From positions 110,174,001 through 110,238,000 of the forward strand of contig OX597819.1 in assembly GCA_951406725.2 (NCBI GenBank): a stretch of DNA of 64,000 nt. Direction: 5' to 3'. The notes beneath the pieces were generated by a model. It made no database searches, was not told where the DNA came from, and saw only the letters and a list, made by a program, of their open reading frames with translations. This document shows, piece after piece, positions 31,372-45,928 of this stretch (positions within the stretch are counted from its first letter, which is position 1; every line of letters begins with the position of its first letter). The position numbers were made by a program, and so were the translations under genes. The stretch is from Octopus vulgaris (Eukaryota).

Positions 31372-33200
31372 AGGGAGAATTCACAAAAAAAAAGACGAAG
31401 ACAGGTGGTGCAGACAATAAAGAGGTGTATTAGTTTAACGGTCGGGAAGTGAAAAAGTCTTTAACGTTTTGAGTCTACGCTCTTCCACAGAAAGGAACAC
31501 AAAAAGAAACAAGGAAAGAAAAGAAATAATGTGTAGTGGCTAGCGATCTATCATGCCGAATGCCGGGTAAAGGGGTTACACAAAAGAGCTAGGAAGAAGG
31601 GGAGATAATAAAGTAGTGGTCATCTAAGACGAAAGTGCGCGTGCGTATGTATAAGAGAGCATGTATGTGCGTGTGGAAGAGGGCTGGTAACCTTCACGTG
31701 TGCGTGTGCGTGTGCGTATGTGTAGGTGTGTGGATGTGGGGCTGGGAAGTGGTCAGTGCTAGTGTGATGTGTTGTGGTGTTGTGTGGTATGGTGGTGTAT
31801 GGTGTAGTGGTGTGGTGGTGTGGTGGTGTGATGGTGTAGGATGTGGGGAGGCGAGAGTGGTGTAAGCCAGGGTGTGGGTTGGGCTGAAGGTGGGGGTAGA
31901 GGTGGAGTATGTAGGAGTGGGTGGGCGTGGAATGGGATGGCTAGGGAAGGTGGGTTGGATTGTGTGGGGATGGGGTTACGAGGGAGGGTTTTCGATAAAG
32001 GGAGTAGGGGAAGGGAGAAGGAGGGTAGGAATGAAAAGAGAGGAGAGTAGGAGGGAAGAGAAGAAGTAGGAGTCGGAGAAAGAGAAGGGAGGTGGTAGGA
32101 GGAAGTAGGTGTGAGAGGGAGAGAGGAGAGGAGAGGAGTGTTGAGTCCACGTGGAGCAATGGAGCGAAGAGAGAAGATTAATTCCTGTTCACGGCGCAAA
32201 CTGGTCCCTGTGCAAGGACAATCCGAACACAGACAGGTGTTGCAAAGAGTGACCGGTAGAGCGGAAATGGCGCGAGACCGGAGTGTCATTGCTGAGTCGG
32301 ATGTCCAGGAGGTGTTCCGCGAACCCGTCTGCTAAGCGGCGTCCCATTTGCCGATGTATAGAGAAGGGCAGAGAGAGCAGGAGATGCAGTAGATGACATT
32401 GGTAGAAGTGCAGGTGAACGAGTCGGTGATATGATAGGGTCGATGATGGGTGACGGTGAGGAGGGTGAAATTGGAGAGGTAAGGGCAAGTGCGGTAGTGT
32501 GGCAGGAGTAGGGTAACGAGCCGGGTTGGGAGATTGGGTTAGGGAAGAAGCTGTGGACCAAGAGGTCTTGTAGGTTGTGGGCTCATTTAAAGGAGAGGAG
32601 GGGTCGGTTAGGGAAGATGTGCGAAGAGGAGGAGTCGGACTGGAGTCACCGGAAGGTTCGGAGAATGGTGCGTTGGAGAGGTAGGATGGTGGGGTGGTAC
32701 GTGAAGGGAAACGGGAAACAGGAGACGAGAGGCGGCGGGGCGGGGCGGGTGCGGAGGGAGACAGCAGATGCACGGTCCACGGAAGTGCTCTGGCAAGGGC
32801 GGTGTGGATAGTGGTGAAGGTATATCCGCGTAGGATGAAGTGGCGAGCCATGAGTTGAGACTGAGTCTTAAAGTCATGGTCGTCACTGCAGAGCCTGCGT
32901 AGACGGAGGAATTAGGAATAGGGGATGAAAATCTTGGTGTGTTTAGGGTGAGAGGAGGAGAAATAGAGGTATGAGTGTGAGTCTGTGTGTTTGTAGTGGA
33001 TGGAGGTGGTGAGAGTGGAGTGATGAATGTTGACCGAAATGTCAAGAAAGGAGACAGAGGTGTCAGAGATAGTGCAGAAGAGGAGTGCAGGATGGAAAAA
33101 TTTGACAAAAGAGAGGAAGGAGTCTAGATGTTCACGGGAGAGTGAGGTCACACCGATACAGTCGTAAATATAACGGCCGTATAGTTCGGGAGTGGGACTA
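31372..33200 (-). mobile_element. Penelope-like retroelement, 5'-truncated and frameshifted
   Basis: YGRYIYDCIG, VSFLDIS, HYKHTDSHSYLYFSSSHP, RRLADGFAEH, REQELIFSL; terminal repeat shared with 12060-12200. Confidence 0.9.
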
Positions 33201-33367
33201 GTATATGTGTGCGTGTGTGTATGCAAATATGTGTTGTGTTGTGTCTGTGTGGTTACCCTAGTGATTGCAACGATAGTAAGGGAGATAATCATTTCTTTAA
33301 AATGTGAGATAAGATTAAGAACTTGAACTTGAAATTAATGAATCGTGTCCCATTTTTATTATTTCTT

Positions 33368-33441
<74 letters not shown>

Positions 33442-33479
33442 ATCTGCATACATAACTACAAAACAATAGATATACTTAC

Positions 33480-33614
33480 AAAGGAGGCAGTTAAACATGT
33501 CTGGTTGTGTCAGTAGAGGTGAGGGAAGATGACTGAGATAGTATAAAAGTAGATCTCCTAGATCACATGGCGTTAGTTTTGGCGAGTGAATCAACATTGA
33601 CCCAGTAAGTATAC
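33480..33614 (-). CDS. BCR/ABR-like exon, RhoGAP core (ILTGSMLIHSPKLTPCDLGDLLLYYLSHLPSPLLTQPDMFNCLL)
   Basis: Matches RhoGAP AIAGTLKLYFRELPEPLFT; acceptor tttttacag|, donor |gtaagt; 135 nt, phase 1->1. Confidence 0.88.
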
Positions 33615-33671
33615 CTGTAAAAAGTGACAAATGAGAGTAATTACGATGTCACTCCTACATACATACATGCA

Positions 33672-33722
<51 letters not shown>

Positions 33723-33825
33723 CTATACTCTTATATTTACACACACTCATACACGCACACACAGATATTTATATGCGGGTAAAATATACAGGACATATAC
33801 TTAACTGCATAAAATTACGTTACTT

Positions 33826-35135
<1,310 letters not shown>

Positions 35136-35183
35136 TATATGTATATATACACATATGTATGTATACACACATACACGCACACA

Positions 35184-35266
<83 letters not shown>

Positions 35267-35375
35267 GTACAACTGAGATTCATTTGAATTAGGTACTTAT
35301 GTTGAAGCACTAAGTCAGTCTGGTATTATCCGCACACCTCGAAATAAGGTGAATAAAATCAAAATAAGCAACAGG

Positions 35376-35620
35376 ATATCAAGTAGTGATGCAGTACGAC
35401 CGTTTCAAGCGACTACATTAGCGACGACATGAATTTCTTTCATCTTCTTGCTCTGTGAAAATATTTGAGAATAATTATATTAATGTATCCTGCTGGTTAA
35501 AATTCTATTTATTTATTTGTGCAGCTGAAGATGGCACTGCATTTAAATTGATGTAATGATTCCATTGTTCAATTAAATGGAGTTGCTTGAAATAGTCGTA
35601 CTGCATCACTACTTGATATC
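35376..35620 (+). repeat. Short inverted-repeat element containing a hammerhead-like fold
   Basis: Arms atatcaagtagtgatgcagtacgac / gtcgtactgcatcactacttgatat; gtgcag-CTGAAGA...GAAA...GTA-ctgcat. Confidence 0.65.
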
Positions 35621-36384
35621 ATGTTGCAAAAGAGAGAAAACAATATATAGTACGTGTGTTTATTTGGCCAAAAAAAAAGTAAAATAACCATCCCGAAATA
35701 CATATATATATACATATATTGATTGATTGATTAATCGATTGATCGATGCATACATACATGCATGAACACACACACACACACACACACATCGATATATACA
35801 CCAATGAATTTCATATAATTAATACGCGTATGTAATATATACTCTTCACAAGGCGGCGAGCTGGCAGAATGGTTAGCACGCCGGGCGAAATGCGAAGCCG
35901 CATTTCGTCTGCCGTTACGTTCTGAGTTCAAATTCCGCCGAGGTCGACTTTGCATTTCATCCTTTCGGGGTCGATAAATTAAGTTCCAGTTACGCACTGG
36001 AGTCGATGTAATCGACTTAATCCGTTTGTCTGTCCTTGTTTGTCCTCTCTATGTTTAGCCCCTTGTGGGTAGTAAAGAAATAAGTATTTCGTTTGTCTTT
36101 ACGTTCTGAGTTCAAATTCCACCGAGGTTGTCGTTGCCTTTCATCCTTCTGGGATTGATAAATTAAGTACCAGTTGCGTACTGGGCTGGATCTAATCGAC
36201 TGGTCCCCTCCCCCAAAATTCCGTGTCTTGTGTAGAAAAGAATATATGCTCTTCACAAAATTGTATATACTGATATCATTTTCTGATAATAAAACATAAT
36301 AATAGATACTAGCATTCAAATATCCCTTGATATATATTCACTCATCTTCGCATATACAAAAACTCACAGATAATGTTTACTTAC

Positions 36385-36462
36385 ATATATCGCATATGGA
36401 TATTAACTGGTTCAAGTGACGCGGTTTTCCTTTTTGTACATAGACATATTTTGGACCGGGCA
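36385..36462 (-). CDS. BCR/ABR-like exon, arginine-finger region (VPGPKYVYVQKGKPRHLNQLISICDI)
   Basis: Acceptor tatcttaatag|, donor |gtaagt; 78 nt, phase 1->1; length fits BCR [26 protein letters not shown]. Confidence 0.75.
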
Positions 36463-37542
36463 CTATTAAGATACGAATGCAAAAGAAACTATAACGATAG
36501 CTTTTGAGGTTTTGTTGTACGTATTAAAATAGTGGACGAATACTTGACTGTATAGTTGCATGCTCCAATGCTGGGGCAATCACTAGGGCAGTGTCTTCTC
36601 TCCCGACGTTCATATGTGCTTATATGCGCATGTGTAAGTATGTGTGTGTGGGTTTGCGTGAGTGTATGTGCGCATGAATTGGTCGACCTAATTTTTGTGA
36701 GTGAAATTGGGCAGACGGATGGGTTATTCTTGTAATTGAAGGGTACAAACTTGTCGAACACCGAGTCAAGCAAATTTTGCCTAGAATTGCATGAAGGAGA
36801 CATGTGTCTGTGGAACGCTCAGCCACCTGCACGACGTTAATTGAGTTAGCAGGTTATTCAGTTGATCGTATAATCGCACAGCTGTAGCCCCAGCGTCGAA
36901 CGATGGCAATATATACACTATGTAAGTGTGTGTGTGTGTGTGTGTGTGGCATGATATTTATGCAGAAAAGATTTGTAATCAAAATATGTACGCACCTACT
37001 AAGAAATATATTTCAACTGGACTCACGGAAACAGATATCCTGAAGCTCTATCTCATTAGAAAAGACACATGAAGAAGCTTAGATTCAGTCCAGAAAGCTT
37101 CCATGCGTCTATATCACTTAATCCTATGGCAAAACCACATGTCAATCAAGTGCTCAAAATACGAAAAGAACAGCTCCGGTGTTGGGAGTGAATTACTCAA
37201 GCGATACTTCTTGGTGTCATTCCATCACAAGCACTTCACTAGAAGACTACGGTAATTTAAGAAAATTCTGGAGGGAAAGAACCAGCTTTGCATACTAACA
37301 TACATGAATACATTTTCCAGAAATTTCCATGGTGATGTCAATATTTACAGATTAGTGTAATATCAAAGGTAACACTCAGGACATTTTTGGTGGAGAGCCA
37401 ACACTGGAGGGACGTGCAAAAAGCAAACAACACGCAAGTCGTTCTTATGTGCATGCATGTGACAGGAACAGCTCAAATATAGGTCATAAGACAAGAAGAT
37501 CATTTTAAATATTAACAATATGGAAAATGTATTTTTTCATAC

Positions 37543-37604
37543 CTCTTGATTCAATTTCTGCCGTTAATGCGCTGACAATCATTGGAACAGTACCTTCCTC
37601 TCGG
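37543..37604 (-). CDS. BCR/ABR-like exon, RhoGAP helix A (REEGTVPMIVSALTAEIESR)
   Basis: Matches BCR RERSKVPYIVRQCVEEIERRG; acceptor tttttttcag|, donor |gtatga; 62 nt, phase 2->1. Confidence 0.88.
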
Positions 37605-37648
37605 CTGAAAAAAATAACAAAAACAAGTATACATACACACATACATAA

Positions 37649-37757
<109 letters not shown>

Positions 37758-38150
37758 AGTATATATATATGCAAGTATATATGTCTTTGTATGTAAGTAT
37801 ATATGCATATAAGTATGCATACATATACATATATTAGAAACACGACTGTGCATGAATTTGATCTTTTATTATTAAGGATTTGAAAAAAATATTTTCTTCT
37901 TAGTTGTTTATGTTTAGTTTGGAACTACAACCTTTCTAAATCCAGTATCTGTTAACTTTCCAACACTTTCCAGGTCTCATCATCAGGATGAATAGATGGT
38001 AATAATTTTACATATAATCGTCCATTGTCGTGTCTTTTATATTCTTGAAAGAATAAGTTACTGCTTACACACACAGACACACACACGCGCGCGCACACAC
38101 ACATACACATACATACATACATAAATACATACATACACATATACATATAC

Positions 38151-38193
<43 letters not shown>

Positions 38194-38737
38194 GTTATAA
38201 AGACATAAAACGCCTGTGTCACAACGTCTACATACGTACACACGCAAACAAAACATGTATACGCACACACATACACACACAAACATATATATATGCATGT
38301 ACGTACTCATGCATACACACATACTCGTACAAACACACACATGTATACATATATATATACACAACCTAATCCACATATACACATAGGTGCTTACATGCAT
38401 ACAGGTAATACAACACAAATATATAGACATATTTATACGTATAAATTATACCTATATATATACAGACATACATTCACACTCCCGCATACGCAACTTAAGC
38501 TTCAGACAGTGGAATAAACGAAAGACTACCGCGAAGCCGGTGGTTCTAGTTTTTTGTAGCGTCTGTTGCCATTTTATAGCCGACGAGAATGTACAATAAC
38601 GCTTCGCTCCAACATTTGAAACTCTGAGTATTTATAATGACAACCGTTTACTGTTTGCTGTATAAGTCATATCATATAAAATAATCCTGTATTTCTACAA
38701 AAATTAAGGTCTCATTCTTTTGCAGTTATATATATTA

Positions 38738-38810
<73 letters not shown>

Positions 38811-38814
38811 CATT

Positions 38815-39116
38815 CAGCAGTTTTATTTTTATAACGTGCTTTCACCTCACTACCGAGCGCAGCTCTGTGTGCCTTGGGTATGTGCTGTGATTTGTTGTGA
38901 TGCTCTGATGGTTACTTTATTGAAAGTGTTCAGCGTAGGATGTGTGCAGTGCCTAGTAGTGCAATTTTCTGTATGTTATATGTATTTGTAAGTCCTGGTG
39001 TTTTTGTTATGTATTTGTCTGAATATTTTTTTTATCATGCCTAATGCACCTACAATGATAGGAATTGTTTCTGTTTTTAGATTCCACATTCTAGTTACCT
39101 CTATTTCCAGGTCTTT

Positions 39117-39154
<38 letters not shown>

Positions 39155-39969
39155 TAGTTTTATTTTTATAGCGTGCTTTCACTTCACTACCGAGCGCAGC
39201 TCTGTGTGCCTTAGGTATGTGCTGTGATTTGTTGTGATGCTCTGATGGTTATGGTATGGAAAGTGTTCTGCGTAGGATGTGTGCAGTGCCTAGTAGTGCA
39301 ATTTTCTGTATGTTATATGTGTTTGTAAGTCCTGGTGTTTTTGTTATGTATTTGTCTGAATATTTTTTTATCATGCCTAATGCACCTACTATGATAGGAA
39401 TTGTTTCTGTTTTCAGATTCCACATTCTAGTTACCTCTATTTCCAGGTCTTTGTATTTTGAGAGTTTCTCCATTTCTTTTAGAGACACGTTGTCATCTGC
39501 CGGTATTGATACATCAATTAGAAAGCATTTTTTTCTTCATGATCTCTGACAACTATATCTGGTCTGTTGGCCTTAATTTCTCTATCTGTGTGTATCGGCA
39601 TATCCCAGAGTATGGTTGCTTTCTCGTTTTCTGTAACCTTTTCTGGTGTGTGCCTATACCATCTTTTTTTCTGTTGTTATTCCATAATGTTGGCATAGCT
39701 TCCAATGTATGTAGGTTCCAACTCTGTCATGTCTGTGAATATATTCCTTCTTAGCCAGGACTGGGCAGCTAGAGATAATATGATTTATTGTTTCTTGTCC
39801 ATCTCCACATATTCTGCAGTTACTTGTAATATTTCTTTTCATTACATGTTTTTGGTAATTTCTGGTGGGGAGGCAATTAAAAATCCCTCTGTTTCTGCTT
39901 TGAGTCCTGAGCTTCTCAACCATTGCTGGGATTTTTCTTTGTCTATTTCTTTTGCGTTTAGTTTAGTGC

Positions 39970-39971
<2 letters not shown>
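38815..39971 (-). mobile_element. R4/Dong-like non-LTR retrotransposon 3' fragments (two in tandem) inserted in (TAA)n
   Basis: CCHC knuckle CRICGDGQETINHIISSC, RHD motif, restriction-like endonuclease region ending KLSKYKDL; 38815-39120 duplicates about 39152-39455; each piece is flanked by (TTA)n. Confidence 0.9.
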
Positions 39972-40032
<61 letters not shown>

Positions 40033-40057
40033 TATTATTATTATTATATATATATAT

Positions 40058-40309
40058 AACAATTGCAGCGTGGAAAGTGTTTGTAAGCCATTTAAGAAAC
40101 ACACAAAAGCCGTTCGATTCACTTCAACATTTAAGTTTAATTTGTCAAAATATTTTCGTCGCTAAAATCCGCGACCTGTTCACTGAGATGCAGCACGGAT
40201 TTTAGCGACGAAAATATTTTGACAAATTAAACTTAAATGTTGAAGTGAATCGAACGGCTTTTGTGTGTTTCTTAAATGGCTTACAAACACCTTCCATGCT
40301 GCAATTGTT
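40058..40309. repeat. ~250-bp near-perfect palindrome
   Basis: Arms of about 115 bp with a ~23-nt loop; the same peptide appears on both strands in the ORF track. Confidence 0.95.
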
Positions 40310-40365
40310 TTCGTTTCAGCACACGAAATCCAGATCAAATCACTTGCTATGCGAGTACATCTCCG

Positions 40366-40432
<67 letters not shown>

Positions 40433-41141
40433 TATATTATTACTTGTTTCAATCACTTGACTGCAGCCATACTGGGACATCACCTTGAGCGGTTACATTA
40501 TCCAAGATGTCACCGATCTTAGTGACAAGATTTGCTGTTATTTCTTCCTCTTCAGCCGAAGCGCACCAGTTAGTGTTCCTGTGCAGTTAAACATTGATGG
40601 CATACATCTCAGAATAACGGAGAGAAAGGCTTTGAATGTGGTGGGACATAATGGACCTATTAATATTGAAGATGACGACGACGACGAGGATGATTATGAT
40701 GATGATGTTAGTGGTGCAAGTAATAACGATGACAACGAGGAATGGAAAAAGTGGTTATTAATGATGATGACAATGCATATGGCGGTGGTGTTGGTGACAG
40801 ATATGAGAGGTATTGATGGTAGTGGTGTAGAGATGGTGCTACTACTTATGCTGATGACACGCCATCGAGACCCATTTTATTTTTGCATAGTCGCATGCTT
40901 ACTTCCCAACCACGCGGTTCCAGGTTCAGTCCCACTGCGTGGCATATTAGGCAAGTGTCTTTTACTATAGCCTTGGTCCAACCAAAGCCTAGTGAGTGGA
41001 TTTGGTAGATGGAAACTGCAAGAAGCTTGTCGTATATATTAATATTAATAATAATAATAATAATAATAATGGTAATAATAATAATATATATATACATACA
41101 TACATACATACACACACACATATATATATACATACATACGT

Positions 41142-41204
<63 letters not shown>

Positions 41205-41581
41205 TGTGTGCCTTTGTGTCTTTTTTTGTCCCCCACCATTGCTTGACACCCAGTGTTAGTGTGTTTACTTTTCCTTAACTTAGCAGTTCAGCAAAAAAGC
41301 CTGATAGGTTAAGTATTAGGCTTTGAAAATAAGTCCTATGGTCGATTTGTTCGACTAAAATCCCTTGAAGGTGGTGCTCCAGCATGAACTATAGTCAGAT
41401 GACTGAAACAAGAACAAATAAAATAGTAAAAGTGCAAAAGAATAAAATGTCGAAAACATCAACTAGTGACAGTTCCAAGGTACCGACGAAGGAATCCAAT
41501 ATGCGGGTTTTTGACTTGCTAATGGACAATAACAAAAACAAACAACGCCCTCCAATCCAACAAACTGAAGCTACTACTTAC

Positions 41582-41724
41582 GCCAAGATAACGGAGAGTT
41601 GTTCACCGAATATTCTCTCACGATACCTGTAAAACCTTCTGAGGAAAGGGATCCTGGTATCAACGCTTTTACGTGGACTGCGTCTATTTTCGAACAGTTT
41701 TAACGAAAGCGCTATACAGCAATT
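41582..41724 (-). CDS. BCR/ABR-like exon, C2 end to RhoGAP start ([11 protein letters not shown]...[12 protein letters not shown])
   Basis: Matches BCR NGIEVKLSVKF...GVFGVKIAVVTK; acceptor cccgccag|, donor |gtaagt; 143 nt, phase 0->2. Confidence 0.85.
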
Positions 41725-41801
41725 CTGGCGGGAATAAAGAGATTATTTGAAAACCTGCATGCATGCATGTATGTATGTATGTATGTATGTATGTATGTAT
41801 G

Positions 41802-41847
<46 letters not shown>

Positions 41848-42062
41848 CACACATATGCATATATGAATATGTATGTATATGCGTACGTGTGTGTGTGATA
41901 GATATGTTGGTAGGAAGGTAGTTAGGTAGAGAGAGAGAGGAAAAAAAAAAATATATATATACACACATACATATATACATACATACATACATATATATAT
42001 ATACATATATACATACATACATAAATACATACATATATATATATACATATATACATACATAC

Positions 42063-42119
<57 letters not shown>

Positions 42120-42498
42120 CATATATATATATATATATATAAAGCTGAAGTTGGTAGCCTTCAACTAACACTATCTTCTCCGAGATCCTGCGGCGTATGT
42201 TGACCAAAATTGAATGTGTGATAGAAGAAGGCTTGCTCTTCCTTCCGTAAAAGAAAACATTCAAATCGGACGGTGTTAACACCAAACATTACTTACATCA
42301 AAAAGGTGCTTTTCTTCTATGAAAATCCCTATTTTTTACGATTTTTTGACTGCTGTGTCGCCATTTTTCGGTGTATTTTAACCAGAAAAATGTTCACTTA
42401 AAGAGAATAACAAGCTACATAATGCAAACTTTTACTTTTAAAAAATTCCTATTCTAAAGGGTCGAAACAAACCCGAGCAACGCCGGGCGATACTGCTA

Positions 42499-42560
<62 letters not shown>

Positions 42561-42674
42561 GTGAATGAATTATCCTATGTTTATCGTCAGCATGGAAAAT
42601 TCGTTTAACCGAAATATGTCGAGAGTAACGGAATTTTGTTAACATCTTCGTTCGACTCCATTCTTTCATTTATT

Positions 42675-42720
<46 letters not shown>

Positions 42721-42855
42721 AATGAAAGACGGAAGATGGAATATACGAAAATTTATTAATCACGACGATTGTTTCAACACATCTAGCATCGAGAGAGTAG
42801 AAAGTAGACATGAAGGATATCTGAATGATATATGAATATGATAGACAAAACTCAC

Positions 42856-42921
42856 TAGTTTAGATGGCAGCAAGGGGACAGTAACCAATTTGTAGGATTC
42901 ACTTAGGTATCCATGCCATAT
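42856..42921 (-). CDS. BCR/ABR-like exon, C2 domain (IWHGYLSESYKLVTVPLLPSKL)
   Basis: Strong acceptor ttttcttttcag|, donor |gtgagt; 66 nt, phase 0->0; fills the ~20-aa gap expected from the BCR alignment. Confidence 0.75.
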
Positions 42922-43746
42922 CTGAAAAGAAAATATGAAGGCAGATGAGAAGAAAATACTTGAAAAGCTTCGGCACTTACGGTTAGCTGTTATTCTAGTT
43001 GCTGTTCAACCCCATATGCTGTGACCATCCCGTCTTTTGGGTTCTTCATTACGTACTTTCCAGATGATAGTCACCTAATACCAATTAAAGAAACCTACAT
43101 GAATGCTAGTTTGTTCTATCTACAAAAAGCGTGCTCTCTTCCAAGACGCTATCTCTGATATATAGAGTTACTCTGGGAGTAGGCCCATTACCCGCTTTAT
43201 CCTCGACATTAATCTCACTTTTTATCGCATACACTTCAGGGTCAGTACTTCTCTTGACACCCTTATCTTTCTGTTCAAATGATACTTGAAAGAATTGACT
43301 TAAGTTTAGCTGAAGAAAGGTAGTCTGCCATTAGCTACACATTACTCTGAACTATGTTTTCTACTCTTTGGAAAGGGGAACCTTTCTCGAAAATTATGGG
43401 ATATCTTTTCTTTTGCTTTCATTTAGTGACAATCTTACTTGCTTGGCCTAATGTCTTACATGCATTTCTCAAAGGATTTTTTCCGGTATATTTTGTTTAC
43501 ATTGCAATGCTTCAGGCATATCAATATATGTTTATATGTGTGCTTGTGTGTATGCGTATATAATAATGTATTTAAATTTATATTTTGTTATAGATAATAT
43601 CTTTCATTATTGATTGAATTACTTTGATAGAGGTTCTGTCTCTTAATTTTATATGTATATATATAATATATCGTGGAATTTGATTTAGTATTACTAAATT
43701 GATTTTGTTTTTCCCCTATTGCCTTGGAATTTTATATTCCCTAAAT

Positions 43747-43818
<72 letters not shown>

Positions 43819-43822
<4 letters not shown>

Positions 43823-44200
43823 GGTTGGCAACTAAGTTCCCGCTGTTTTTTTTTTTTATTTTGGAATTTATTTTGATTTTCTCTAGTTAATTTTAGTTAA
43901 TTTTTGTTTATTTTCAGATCATTAAAATGGAATGTCAAGTTAAGAAAAGCGACCATTTTCGACATCTCCTTCTTTTTGCTTTTAATCAAGGTTTTAAGGC
44001 CGCTAAAGCTGCTCACGACATTTGTGCTGTGTATGAAGAGGGTGCCATAGCTGAAAGAAACGCTCGTGATTGGTATGCCAAGTTCATAAATGGAAATTTT
44101 GACCTCAAAGAAAGCCCCTCGATGAAGAGCAGTTAAACCAACTTTTGCACGAAAATCCTTGTCAAAACACAAGGGAACTGGCAGAAAAAATGGAGTGCTT
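43819..44200 (+). mobile_element. Mariner 5' fragment
   Basis: TIR tattgggttggcaactaagtt; HFRHLLLFAFNQGFKAAKAAHDICAVY HTH. Confidence 0.85.
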
Positions 44201-44226
44201 CTTTTTCTTTTCCTTATTTTGATTTA

Positions 44227-44462
44227 TACAGGGTGGTGCAAAAGTCTGGACCCATAGAGAAATTACAAAAAAGTTTTTTTTCTCTTTAACATTATTTTGA
44301 TCATATACTTATCATATAATTATCATATCATTATCATATCTAATGTCTTTCAGATCGGTAACCATGACTGAAAAACTAACAATTTCAGAAAAAGTAGAAC
44401 TTGTAAACTATAAATCGTTATGTAATAAATTACCTATGGGTCCAAACTTTCGCATCCCCCTG

Positions 44463-44465
<3 letters not shown>
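44227..44465. mobile_element. Tc1-type MITE
   Basis: TIRs cagggtggtgcaaaagtctggacccatag / ctatgggtccaaactttcgcatccccctg. Confidence 0.75.
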
Positions 44466-44559
<94 letters not shown>

Positions 44560-44615
44560 CAGTCATTGGCCGAAACATATCTAAGTTTATATATGTATAT
44601 ATGAAGAGAGAGAGA

Positions 44616-44671
<56 letters not shown>

Positions 44672-44724
44672 AAGTGAGACACAATTATGTATGCTGTATT
44701 TGGGGAGTATCATTTCATACTCAC

Positions 44725-44933
44725 ATCATAAATTCCAGCCATAGACAATTTAAAGCCTTCTTCTCCAGCATCACATCTGAAAACAGATATCTTTAAACTT
44801 CTGGAACACACTGTGGGAATTGTAAACTCCTCATCGTAGACTGGATGTATGCATTCTTTTACTACCTTTGTTCGGTAGACTCTTGCGAAAAATCCATTCA
44901 AAGAGTCAACTTCTAATGTCACGTAGGTATCGG
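44725..44933 (-). CDS. BCR/ABR-like exon, C2 domain core ([39 protein letters not shown]...MAGIYD)
   Basis: Clear match to BCR/ABR [36 protein letters not shown]; acceptor gttgcag|, donor |gtgagt; 209 nt, phase 1->0. Confidence 0.9.
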
Positions 44934-44945
44934 CTGCAACAGAAA

Positions 44946-45009
<64 letters not shown>

Positions 45010-45175
45010 ACATGATATATACGTGTATGTATGTATGTATGTATGTATGCATGTATGTATGTATGCATGCATGCATGCATGCATGTATGTATGTACGAAT
45101 GTATGTATGCATGTATGTATGTATGTATGTCATATCATGTCATATATATATATTTACACATATATATATGACATA

Positions 45176-45206
<31 letters not shown>

Positions 45207-45559
45207 AATGAGATAGGGGTTGAAAATTCAACCCACCATGGGATAACATATATCCAATATACTGCTAGATAGGTACCCAACAAGGCTAATACATAGATGT
45301 TAAAAATTGCCAAACAATCAGTTCATCTATTGTATTATATGGGCAAAGGTAATAATATTACCGTAAATTAATACTACAAAATTAGAAAATGGAGAAACAT
45401 ACTTAAATCAATAAAACATCAACTATCAGATGATACCCAATCAATACTTTATTACACCATTACATATCAGTAAAGGCATTATACAAAATATACAGTAAAT
45501 GTAAATAGACAAGGAAATATAAGTATAAAATATAAAATATAATATGTAATTAAATCATA

Positions 45560-45670
45560 TCTGACAGCTGTTTCGGCAGCAAGGGCAGTCATACCTCATT
45601 TAACCTATAAGCCATAAAGGCAGGTATAAATGAGGCATTAACAAGGATGCCCCACGGCCTCTTCAGAGAA
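45560..45670 (-). ncRNA. Type I hammerhead ribozyme motif with extended stem II
   Basis: tct-CTGAAGA-GGC...long hairpin...GCC-GAAA-CAGCT-GTC-aga; palindromic ACAGCTGT stem III; GUC cleavage triplet. Confidence 0.75.
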
Positions 45671-45832
45671 TTTAATTTGTTATAATTGTGAAAAAATTAT
45701 TTTTCCATATACATATAAATATAAAAATATAAAAATGTAAAATATAAAAACTTATGCATAAACTTCATAATGCTACACATATATAATATAATACTCATTG
45801 GTACAATAATGCAAGGTAAACAAAACAAAATA

Positions 45833-45928
<96 letters not shown>

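Noticed and set aside
40485-40970. 161-aa acidic ORF on the plus strand
   Set aside because: Built from (GAT)n-like low-complexity sequence and a SINE head; no domain recognised.
43172-43309. Candidate C2 exon LNLSQFFQVSFEQ...
   Set aside because: Good acceptor but only weak in-phase donors; 42921-42856 fits length, phase and splice consensus better.
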